From the NCBI GenBank assembly GCA_031835245.2, contig JAVKOQ020000069.1:186001-211346 (forward strand): 25,346 nt of DNA, read 5' to 3'. Positions 1 to 9,693 of the stretch are shown here, one piece after another (within the stretch, counting starts at the first letter, position 1; each line of letters starts with the position of its first letter). The translations under genes and the position numbers were made by a program. This DNA comes from Balamuthia mandrillaris (Eukaryota). The notes under the pieces were generated by a model that had not been told where the DNA came from, ran no database searches, and was given only the letters and a program-made list of their open reading frames with translations.

Positions 1-152
1 GACAAAGAGAACGGCAAAGGAAGAAAGCGGCCAAACGGCGTGCGCGACGCAATAAAGCAGCAGCAGCAGCCGCTGCCACCAGCTCCACCTCCGCCTCCTC
101 CTCTGCCACCCCCAACCCCAACACCACTGAAACATCCACATCCACACAATAG
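1..152 (+). CDS. Probable 3' end of an upstream gene (basic then Ala/Ser/Thr-rich tail), partial
   Basis: Frame +3 is open from the window edge: QRERQRKKAAKRRARRNKAAAAAAATSSTSASSSATPNPNTTETSTSTQ, TAG at 150-152. Frame +1 (Pro/Gln-rich, ending at 342) is an alternative reading. No family is recognisable. Confidence 0.35.
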   Translation, partial: QRERQRKKAAKRRARRNKAAAAAAATSSTSASSSATPNPNTTETSTSTQ

Positions 153-405
153 ACCTCTTCATCATCATCAACAACATGAGACAGCAACAAACACTACTAC
201 TGCCTGCAACATGTTCTCTCTGTTCCCTTGTCGTTATGAAAAGTGCTCTTCATCTTTTTTATCAGAAATCTCTTTTGAAAAAGTAATGCACGTGGTTTGT
301 GCGGATAAAGTTTCGAAAGGAAAGCAGGACCAGGAAGGTTAAGAGAATGAAGAGAGCAGCGGGGGTGGTGCCAGGCGTTCTGCTCGGTAGGCGTGCAAGA
401 GGCCG

Positions 406-1299
406 TTGCTGCAACCACAGGGGCTGCTCCGCCACCTCCAAGCCGCCAGCTGCAGGAGGGGGGCAGCAACCACAACCACCTCTGCCGCTGCTCCTCCTCC
501 AAGGCCACCAAGTGAGGAACAGCAGAGGCATTACGCGCCACCCGTGGTCCCATTGCGCTTTTACTTTGACTACAAGAGCCCCTTTTCCTACCTCGCCAAG
601 GATGAGATCTACGCCCTGGAGCAGGAGTTTGCCCCGCACCTGCGGGTGGAGTGGCTGCCCTTCGCCTTTGACGTGGAGCACAGCTTCGGCCTGCCCCAAT
701 CCCGCACGACGCTGCACTGGAACAAAGTGAAGTACGCCTACCTCGACGCTCGTCGCTTCGCCAACGCCCGATCGCCGCCGGTGACCTTGAAAGGCCCCAA
801 ACGAGTGTTTGATTCCTCGTTGGCCATGATGGCCGGTCTCTACTGCCTGCAATACGACCAGCAGCCGAGGGGATCGCTCAACCCGCCTCTCCCAAGCGCT
901 CCCAAGGAGGATCCGAAACGGACGACCACGTTTCGTTGTTACACTGACGTGGTGTTTGAACGATTTTTCAAGCACGAGCTTGACTTGGAGGACCTCTCCT
1001 CCTTGAAACAGATCCTTCTTCTCGCGCGCAACGAAAGTGATCGGCATCAGCTCAACGATGAAACAGGGGTAGAAGAATGGGTGGAGCAAGGATTTGAAGA
1101 CTTTGCACTCAAAGCGGAGGAAAATGGATTGTCGAAGGGAAGGAGGGCGTTGGAAAGGATACGAAGGCAGGCGGTGGAGGAGGAGGGAGTGTTTGGCGTG
1201 CCCTCCATGGTTGCCGGCGGAGAGCTCTTCTTTGGCAACGACAGAATTGATTGGTTACGTCGAAAGCTTCAACAACAGCTCTTGGCTCTGCGTTGCTAA
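406..1299 (+). CDS. DsbA/thioredoxin-fold 2-hydroxychromene-2-carboxylate isomerase / GST-kappa family protein; true start uncertain
   Basis: N-terminal motif LRFYFDYKSPFSYLA (catalytic Ser of the kappa-GST/NahD family), VEWLPF, DARRFA, and C-terminal GVFGVPSMVAGGELFFGNDRIDWL. The region before the domain is Arg/Ala-rich and resembles a transit peptide. The ORF-track start at 406 is TTG and there is no in-frame ATG upstream of the domain. Confidence 0.85.
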   Translation: MLQPQGLLRHLQAASCRRGAATTTTSAAAPPPRPPSEEQQRHYAPPVVPLRFYFDYKSPFSYLAKDEIYALEQEFAPHLRVEWLPFAFDVEHSFGLPQSRTTLHWNKVKYAYLDARRFANARSPPVTLKGPKRVFDSSLAMMAGLYCLQYDQQPRGSLNPPLPSAPKEDPKRTTTFRCYTDVVFERFFKHELDLEDLSSLKQILLLARNESDRHQLNDETGVEEWVEQGFEDFALKAEENGLSKGRRALERIRRQAVEEEGVFGVPSMVAGGELFFGNDRIDWLRRKLQQQLLALRC

Positions 1300-1524
1300 A
1301 CAAAGAGCCAGACCGAAGGAGAAGAGCAAGAGCAAGAAGAACAAGATGCAGAAGAAGAAGAAGCAGAACGCAAGAAAAGACAAAGAGGCAAATCGGAAAG
1401 GTTTGGAGGTAGATTACAAACAACAAACAAGAGCACAAAACAAACACAGCAGGAGTGAGCTTTCGTCTCTCGTGCTTCCATTAACACACACGCAATACAC
1501 TCTCTTGCTGCCTGTGTTTTTTGA

Positions 1525-3668
1525 CTAAGAGCCTCGTGGCTCTTGCTTTAACGAGAGCTGATAGAGATCATCCTCGTTTTGGACGTGGAGGTTGTTAAGG
1601 AAGTTGAGAATGGGCTCCTCCACCTCGATAAGGCTGAACGTTTGCTGCTGAAAGTACTCTATCTTCATCATGATGGTGCCCAGCAGGTCCACCTTTTCAA
1701 AGTTAATGAGGCCTCCGTCTGCTTTGTCTGGGTTCTCGTCTATGAACGTTAAGTCTTTCAACAATAGGCCTTTTTCGTTTACGGTGTTTGTAAGAAGATG
1801 AGGAAAGCAGAAGGTAAAAGAAAGTACAAAGAATAACGCACCGACATAGGGCAAGAGCGGAACTTTAGCGGCTGTCAGCAGCTGCACTTTTTTCCGATAG
1901 TTATAGTAGTTCTTCATTGGTTTCATTTCGTCCTCCAACATTTTGAACGTCTCCAGCGAGGAACGAGAAATGGCCTGCAGTACAATAGAGCAGCTGGAAT
2001 GAGCAAGAACAGCAGACCGCAACAACAAGAAGAAGAAGGAAAAAGGTGCTCTCTAACTGAAGAGGCGAAAGATGGAGAAAACTAACCGCCCAGGTCTTCT
2101 TCAACCTAGAAACAGGACCCATACTCAGTCCAGCCATCATTTCCATCGTTGAGTTAAAGTTGTTCATCTCATAACACGCCTTTTTGTTTTTGTTAGTTCG
2201 TTTCGCTTTCTTTGGAGACAAGAAGCAGAGTTTGCCAGATTGCATACCTGTGCCACTTGGATGAAACGTTCCAGAGCCATCTTCCTGTTGTAAAGGTTGT
2301 CCTGAGAGACAATCTCAGTGGCAGCCCAGAACGCAACATGGTTAAAGCGGTTGACCATGACGTAGATGAGGGAGTTGCCTTCGTCCTTTATCCAGGTTTT
2401 CTCCAGGAACTCGTTAATGCGGATATTCCGAAACAGGTTATACTCCGTTAGAGTCAAACATTGAGCAACTTCTTGCCTGCGGCACCAAAGAAAGACAAAC
2501 AAAAATGATGAGAGACGTGAAGATGAATGCAAGTCCTCGCATAAACCAAAGGGTTATTTTAAGAGGTAACTACGTACGCATGAATATCAAGCAGCTGAAA
2601 CTCTCCTGGCACTAGGCTCCTTGGAAAGAGCGTCTGGGTGATGCTCCACACCACTCCGCGGTAGTCATAGTCCGTTCGAAGGTCTATCTCTCCATCAAAA
2701 CCACCGTTTCTTTCTTTCAACTGGGATACATGATAAGCAACTAGAGGCCGACAAGCCAACGGGTACAGCGAAAGGATTTGACAACACTAAAAGCGGTGGG
2801 TCAAGTACCTTCTCCACCAGACTCTTTGCCCATGATTGGCATTGAGAGTGCTCCAGACGTCGAATGAACTCATGAAGGGACTTCCAAAGTGGGTTAGCAA
2901 ACTTCTCCTTCGATGAGAAAAAGTCTTGACTGGAGCATCGCTCTATCCATGTTATGATGAACGAGATGACCGCACTAAGAGCATCAAGTCGGTGGTATTT
3001 TCAGATATGTTAGCTGTGCTCGCGTAATAGAATGGCGGGAGAGAGCAGAAGAAGAGAAGAGAGAGGTAGTACTCGAAGCAGGAAGAAAGAAGATGAAGAG
3101 GCGAGAACGTACTTTCGTTGTTGAAAAAGGGTCTCAGGGCTCAAGTCCTTCTCGTCCTCAGGGTTGTACCTATCGAAAGCGTAGAAACTTACAGTAAGTT
3201 TTATGAAGCAAATGGATGAGCCCCAGCTCATGGGTACTTACATGCGCATGATGACGCTCCACAGTTGTCCAGGAGAACACCATCTCCTATAACACATCAA
3301 AAACTTGTGCAGATCTTCGGGAGCTGTGTGCATGCGGAGCCAGTTAGTTAAAAAAAGAACGAAAAGAGAAACAGGTGAACGGGGTTACCAGCCGCGCTGT
3401 CCATGAGGAAGAACTTCACCAACGAGGGCAAGCTTCCAGACTTTATGGTCTTCTTTCCTCGCGGCGTAACCTCCATGAAATTGATGGCTTCTAGTTGAAG
3501 CAGCTCATCGTTCTTTCTTTCGGGGGTTGGAGATTCTGTCCTCTCTGAGGCAGGAGCAGGCTTGTCGTAGTTCACAGGCAGAAGCTTGAGGTCGGGTATG
3601 GCCGCAGAGAACTCCAGCGAGGCAACTGACTCCTCTCCCACAGGCGTCTCATCCGGTGTCGTGGACAT
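1525..3668 (-). CDS. Ras guanine nucleotide exchange factor (REM + CDC25 domains), 9 exons
   Basis: Manually spliced exons 3668-3389, 3323-3242, 3169-3113, 2974-2809, 2720-2578, 2476-2248, 2179-2087, 1974-1842, 1769-1525, all GT-AG and frame-consistent. REM motifs: IKSGSLPSLVKFFL, FLMCYRRWCSPGQLW, VISFIITWIE. CDC25 motifs: VAQCLTLTEYNLFRNI, NRFNHVAFWAATEIV, NNFNSTMEMMAGLSMGPVSRLKKTW, LPYVGLLLKDLTFIDENPD, GLINFEK. Confidence 0.93.
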
Positions 3669-4171
3669 CCTTTTTACAGGTTCAAAAAATTATATTTGTT
3701 GAAGGAGAAGGGGACGCGGTCGAAGAGCCAGAAAAGGGGTCTCCCTAACAAAGAAGCATATAAAATACAAGAAATATAAAAAAAAGGTTTGTTCTTCTGT
3801 TCTGGTTTTGATGTTAGCAGAAAAATGTTTGGTTCGCTAACACTTGTGCTTTCTGTTTTTGTTGGTTGCGTTGCTGCACAAAACTAGTACTTATATTTTT
3901 TTTTGTTGGTGCATAGTTGAAGCCAGACCAAGACTTCTATTTTTCCCATTTGCAAGAAGAGGCGCTCATGTAGGACCCTATTTTGGAATGTATGGGGGAG
4001 CAAGTGTGAGACACGCTCGGGCCCTCAAAAAGCTTTATTCCTCGTGTCCGATCGGACGGTTTGCTCTTTGTTTTGGCCTTGTCCAAAGCATGCTTACTTC
4101 ATTTCAGATCCTCCAATTGCTATTCAAACATATCATTCAAAAAGAAATCAGAAAAAGAAGAAAGAGGAGAG

Positions 4172-5344
4172 ATGGAAGAGGAGAGCCCCTGTCTGATCGA
4201 AGCCCTTCCCGATGAACTGCTGGCCTTCACCTTGGGCATGCTTCCCGAGGGCATGGTGGGCATTGCCGCCAGGACCTGTCGCCGCTGGTTCCGATGCTCT
4301 CCCAAAGAACAACGCCAGACCATGCTGGCCAAAACCGTCTGTTCTCGCCTGAACCTCTTGCAGTGGGCTATCCACCAGGCCGACTATCAAATGACCGCTC
4401 GTACCTGCGCCCTTTCCGCCCGCCATGGTCGGTTGGAAGTGCTGCAATGGGCAAGAGCGCAAGGCTGCCCGTGGGACAGGGAGACCTGCGCTGCTGCTGC
4501 TCAGTTTGGTCATTTGGGAGTGCTGCAATGGGTGCTACAGAACGGCTGCGACCGCCAACACATGAACCTGTGCGACAAAGCAGCCATGGGAGGTCAGTTG
4601 GAAGTGCTGAAATGGCTTGGAGAGCAAGGCCACTCTTGGAATGAAAACGCTTGCCTTTGGGCAGCCCTTTTTGGCCACCTGGATGTTCTGCACTATCTAC
4701 ACGAGAACGGGTGTCCTTGGAAGGCTAGCGCCTTCACAGCGGCAGCAAGCAAAGGCCACATGCACCTTCTAGAGTTCCTTCACCAGCACGGCTGTCCCTG
4801 GGATGTGTACACCAGTGCCTCAGCTGCCAACTTGGAGGTGCTGAAGTGGCTGAGAGAACGCGGTTGTCCTTGGAACGAAACCACCTGCATTTCTGCTGCT
4901 GCTGGTGGGAAAGTGGATCAGTTGGAGTGGGCCATGGACAATGGATGTCCTTGGGGACAGCAGCAGGTGTTCTACTGTGCAGCAGTCAACGGGCGGCTCA
5001 ATGTGTTGCAGTGGCTTCGGGAGAAAGGATGCCCTTGGAGCGAGGAGACTTGCATCGGAGCAGCAGAGCGGGATCATAAGGAAGTGCTGCAATGGGCGCA
5101 TGAGAATGGATGTCCTTGGGGTGTAAGGACCTGCGAGGGAGCAGCCAGGGGAGGCCATTTGCATATCCTCAAGTGGTTGCGTGCCAAGGGATGTCCTTGG
5201 GATAAGAGGATATGCACAACAGCAGATCAGTGCAACAACGTTGAGATTGTGGAATGGGCTTACAGCAATGGCTGTCCTCTTCCTGACCACTTGATGGGGA
5301 CTTATTCTTTTTCAGGCTCACTTATCCAAGAACCCAGAATCTAG
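4172..5344 (+). CDS. F-box-like + GCPW-type ankyrin repeat protein, intronless, 390 aa
   Basis: ATG at 4172. F-box-like N-terminus LIEALPDELLAFTLGML...TCRRW, followed by about 11 units of ~27 aa with consensus GCPW-x3-C-x2-AA-x2-GHLEVLQW-x2-EN (8 exact GCPW). Confidence 0.9.
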   Translation: MEEESPCLIEALPDELLAFTLGMLPEGMVGIAARTCRRWFRCSPKEQRQTMLAKTVCSRLNLLQWAIHQADYQMTARTCALSARHGRLEVLQWARAQGCPWDRETCAAAAQFGHLGVLQWVLQNGCDRQHMNLCDKAAMGGQLEVLKWLGEQGHSWNENACLWAALFGHLDVLHYLHENGCPWKASAFTAAASKGHMHLLEFLHQHGCPWDVYTSASAANLEVLKWLRERGCPWNETTCISAAAGGKVDQLEWAMDNGCPWGQQQVFYCAAVNGRLNVLQWLREKGCPWSEETCIGAAERDHKEVLQWAHENGCPWGVRTCEGAARGGHLHILKWLRAKGCPWDKRICTTADQCNNVEIVEWAYSNGCPLPDHLMGTYSFSGSLIQEPRI

Positions 5345-5865
5345 CAAGCAGAATACAGTTCGCTTGTATTTTCTTTGTTTCTTTCCAACTTTTGGAGTTC
5401 CTCCTGTAAGACCACCAATTTTGGCCTGTTCAACAAGCTTTCTAGTAATCTTTGAGACTGGATGAAACGCTTGAAAAACTCTTTGGTGTGTTCTTTCTTG
5501 AATGCCTGTTCCTTTGGACTTCAACAAAAGCGATCCCGTAGAGATTGTATCCTCCAGTGTGCGACCGGAATCCAGTTTTTGTTCCATTCTAGTGAACAGA
5601 GAGAACATTGGGGCCTCATTTGGGTTTCATTCCAGGACACTCTTCTTGGGACAGCTGCGACGAAGTTAATGAGAGTTTCAAACATTTAACTTCATTCAAA
5701 CAAAAGAAACTTTTTGCGCAAAGAGACAAATCATTTCATTGTCAAAATTTTTCCAGGAATTTATTTTAATCAAAAACAAATAAATCAAACGAAAATCCAA
5801 AGAAACAAAAAGAAAGCAAAAAGAGAAAAAGGGCAGCCGCAGGCGAGAGAGAGGAGGTGCTCAAC

Positions 5866-6181
5866 ATGGAGCCAGATCGTTCCCCCGGCGGAGTACCGGA
5901 AGGAGACTCCGAGCCTCACAAAGAGGTGCAAACCCCATCCAAACGTTTTAAAACGACCGCCTCGTGGAAGAATGTGCCCGGTGAGACATCCAGCCGCGGG
6001 GCCGTCTCGAAGAGGTTTCTGGGGCTGCTCTATGGCCAGCCCCCCTCCCACCCCAAAGATCCCCAACCGAAGGAAGAGGAGAAGGAGAAGGAGAAGCCGG
6101 TCTTGCAGTGGGAAGTACTGAAGGACGCGCAAGAAAACAAAGCAGAGGAGGAGGAAGAGAAGAAAGAGGAGGAAGAGAAGA

Positions 6182-6212
<31 letters not shown>

Positions 6213-7455
6213 AGAAGAGACACGAACGGGTGACTGGTTGCAAACGACAAAGAAGGGCACTGTGGTGACGGAAAAGGGGAAGGAGGAGGAGAAGCGGAAG
6301 AAACGAGAGGCGGAGCTACGACAGCTCTTTGCCTCGCTGGATGACATGGAGGAGCAGGAGGAGCTCAAGTCCTCTTTGGGGTTCGGGTCCTCCTTGGACG
6401 CCACCACCTCAACGCCACACAACACGCCAATCACCGAGAGGAGCAGCGAAGATGAGGAAGGGGAAGAGGAGGAAGAAGAAATGAAGGAAGAGAAAGGAAA
6501 AGAAATGGAGGAGGAGGAGGAGGAGGAAAAGAGCATGGAGGAACAGGAACAAAAGACAAGAGAGGAGGAAGTTGCTGGAGGAAAGAGAAAACAGGAGGAG
6601 CAGGAAAGGAGAGGAGGAGCTCAATCCCCGTTGAGCCCCTTCCACCCGGCCAAAATAGTACCGGGCATAGCAATGGACTTTAACTCGCAAGAGGAAGAGG
6701 AGAAGGAAGAAGTGTTGGAGCTCAAAGAAGAGAAAGAAGAAGATGAAGGTGGAGAGGGAGAAGAGAAGAGAAAAGAAAAGGAGAAGATAATATCGCCAAC
6801 GAAGAAACAAAAGACGGAACAGTCCCCGAATATATTCTCGAAAATGATGCTGCGAACAAAAGAGCCCGTGGTAGCTCCTCAAGGCTGCATTGACGTGACG
6901 TTAAGCTTTCCTTTGTTTCGTTCTCTACGACTCACTCTATCCCAGAGCAAGTCCACCTGCGTTGCAGTCATCTACAAGCATGATTCTACCTCCTTTCGAC
7001 TTTCTTCTCACTATGTACGTCTGTTCATTCTGTTTTTTTTTCTCTTTGTTCTTCATCTCTTATCTTGTGCCCTCCTCAGCTTTCTTCACTCTGACCAATG
7101 TGACTTGTACCAAAACCAATGCAGCAACGAAAAGAGGATGAAGTTCCAGCTCTTCACAGGATGGTAACTGGATTGACCTTTTTGCCAGCAAAGTCCAAAC
7201 GACCGTTTTTCCTTCCACTCTCTTGGAACGAAATACAGTCAGAAAAGAATACAGAGACGAACAAAACTGGCGTTAAGGAAGAAAGCGATAAAAAGAAGCA
7301 ACGGGTTGTCACCTACGAGGAAAAACGGCTGCTCGTGAAAGAATTTTTGGAATCCCAAAACGAGAAACTATGCTTCAACGCACAAGAAGCTTGCAAAGTT
7401 CTATTTTCGATGTTCCCAACAGCTGACAGAAGTGATCTCTCTCTCTCCCCCCCTC

Positions 7456-7505
<50 letters not shown>

Positions 7506-8648
7506 TCTCTCTCTTCCTCTGGCTAACGTTTTCACGGAACAAAGGAATCCCTCAGCAATTTGTGGATCCAAAGGTAGGAGGATGGCTCTTTGATCCAGAG
7601 CTGCAAAGTTACGACTTTGAATCATTATTGTCCTACTTTGTGGTCAGGGATGCAGCCGATCCGACAGCCAGAAGAAAAAAGGTTGTTGCACAAGGAGAGC
7701 TCGCCCTTGTTTCTGATTCCTTGGACCAAGAAGCAGCACCTCTTAGCAAAGGGAACAATTCTGCATCTTCTTCGCCTGCTTCTTCGTCTTCTGGGGATAA
7801 CAACTTGCAACTGTTGTTCAAGGATATGTTGCAGTGCTTCGTGCTGTTGGCCAATCTGAAGCTTCGTTTGAAGAATGCGCAACTTTGGGACATTCTTATG
7901 GCACAAGAGATGCCTGTCGCTTGCATTTGTGCTAGTATATAATTCTCTCCCTTTTCTTTTACTCCTTTGCTAGTGGTTGGCTCTAACCTTTTTTTTTTTT
8001 TAAAAAAAAGAAATGGAGCTACAGGGTATTGGATTTGATTCCAAAGGGATAAGCAAATATCAACAGCAGCTACGGGAACGTATGAAGCAGCTCGAAAAAG
8101 ATGTGGTGCAAGTTTTGGGTCACGGCCTATTACTCTCCAGCCCGAAGCAAGTGTCTCACGCCTTGTTCAACGAGCTAAAGCTGACAGTTCCTGCCTCCCA
8201 CAAACGCAAGCGAAGCGAATCGCCGACTCAATCTACCTCTGAAGATGTTCTTGTTAAGTTGAAAGACCAACATCCTTTACCTGGAATTGTTTTAGGTAAT
8301 CGCTTTTTCGTTTCGTCTCTCATTTGTTTTTGACTCTTCGTTTACAACCAACCAACAATACAACAAACGTACAGAGTTCCGGCATTTGCAAAAGTTGATT
8401 GGGACTTACATTGTGTCTTTCGGTAGGAAAGCTGTTCCAGATCCAAACGATTCGCAGCTAAGTCGAATATATGCGACGTGGCAGACCGTCAACACGGCCA
8501 CTGGGCGTTTGTCTTGTACAGATCCCAACTTGCAAGCTTTGCCGAGGGAAGGCATTAGCATTCCAGTCTCCAAAGGTGCTACTATGCAGTCTTCTGTGTA
8601 CATTAACGTCAGAGATGCGTTTTGTAGTTCTGCTGGGTAAATTTCAGT

Positions 8649-8680
<32 letters not shown>

Positions 8681-9576
8681 ATTACAGCAATCTCATTTGG
8701 TAATCATCTTCACAGCTACGTTTTCTTAAAAGCTGATTACAGTCAAATGGAAATGAGAATATTGGCCTACATGAGCAGAGATGAGCAGCTGATGCGGTTC
8801 TTCGCAGAAGGCAAAGATATCCATCGTCTTATCGCCGGACAAATGTTTGGTATGTAAAATCCTTCCTCTCTTTGTCTGTCGCTAGCGCAGTTATCTGATT
8901 GCTGGCTTGTTTCGAATTTCGCTCGATAGGCAAGCCAGCAGAGGAAGTCGATCCTTCCGAGAGAGAAAAAGCTAAATGCATCGTCTACGGCATCCTATAC
9001 GGAATGGGTCCACATTCGTTGGCCGCTATTCTCAAGACAGATCCCAAAGAAGCCAAAAACTTCACCAACACCTTTTTAGAAAAGTTCCCAAGTGTGGCTC
9101 AATTCTTCGAACAAGTAATAGAGAAAGCAAGAGCGGAGGGCTCCGTGCGAACTCTGTTCAATAGGCGGAGATTGTTCCCTAACATCGAAAGCGCCAACTT
9201 CGAAAGTGCAAACAAGAGCGAAAGACAAGCAGTCAACACGATGATCCAAGGAACCGCTGCTGATATTGTTAAACGTGCCATGATTGCTGTTGAAGAAGCT
9301 TTAGAGGACAAAGAACAGACAGAAGCTACGCCTTCCTCAACTGCAGAGAGAACAAGCATCGCAAATCTTGTTCTCAATATCCATGACGAGTTGGTTTATG
9401 AAGTGCGAGAGGACATGATGGATTGGATGAGACAAACAGTTACGCGGTGCATGGAGAGGATTACTGTTAAAGCAGACGAGTTGATGGACGTCCCCATTCC
9501 AATCCGTCTGTACGAAGGCAAGCGATTCGGGTCGTTGTCTCCCAGTCCTTCTGTACAGGCGGCGCAAAGTTCATAA
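5866..9576 (+). CDS. Family A DNA polymerase, Pol theta/Pol nu-like, no helicase domain, 7 exons, ~1057 aa
   Basis: Exons 5866-7014, 7125-7431, 7545-7934, 8011-8295, 8375-8636, 8716-8849, 8930-9576 (3174 nt, in frame). Motifs: DPKVGGWLFDPE (vestigial exonuclease), STSEDVL...HPLPGIVLEFR, TATGRLSCTDPNLQ, motif A ADYSQMEMRILA, motif B REKAKCIVYGILYGMG, ERQAVNTMIQGTAADIVK, motif C LNIHDELVYEV. Confidence 0.92.
6070..6790 (+). repeat. GAG/GAA/AAG-rich low-complexity coding region (poly-Glu/Lys tracts of the polymerase N-terminus)
   Basis: Several imperfect (GAA/GAG)n runs that translate as EEEEEKKEEEEKKEEEEEEEEEEE and similar. Confidence 0.85.
7436..7514 (+). repeat. Intronic (CT)n microsatellite, polymerase intron 2
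   Basis: Interrupted CT run starting right after the GTGAT donor at 7432. Confidence 0.9.
8649..8676 (+). repeat. Intronic (CT)n microsatellite, polymerase intron 5
   Basis: Perfect TC run shortly after the donor at 8637. Confidence 0.9.
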
Positions 9577-9693
9577 GATCTTCGAAGAAGAAACAACATT
9601 TGTTCCTGCCAAAGCAACCATCTAGCTGCACAAAGCTCCACGTTGTTTATACTGTACATAAACAAGAAGATTTTTATATCTTATACTTCCTTG

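Noticed and set aside
262..1089. 275-aa minus-strand ORF
   Set aside because: It is the antisense shadow of the GC-rich isomerase gene and has no recognisable motifs.
4440..5280. Recurring GG(A/C/T)TG(T/C)CC(T/C)TGG DNA motif at ~81-nt spacing, superficially CRISPR-like
   Set aside because: The repeats are short, degenerate at third codon positions and in frame with GCPW ankyrin units. The context is eukaryotic and there are no cas genes.
5318..5608. ORF containing KLDSGRTLED, reminiscent of ubiquitin QLEDGRTLSD
   Set aside because: The similarity covers about 10 residues, and the flanks lack the ubiquitin fold pattern and the C-terminal LRGG.
5785..6882. Several minus-strand ORFs rich in Phe/Leu/Ser that look like membrane proteins
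   Set aside because: They are antisense translations of the GAA/GAG-rich polymerase exon 1.
4172..9576. Ankyrin gene plus DNA polymerase read as an integrated virus, Polinton or phage-like element
   Set aside because: The polymerase is family A of the Pol theta/nu type with six spliceosomal introns, not a viral or protein-primed PolB. No capsid, integrase, packaging ATPase or terminal repeats were seen.
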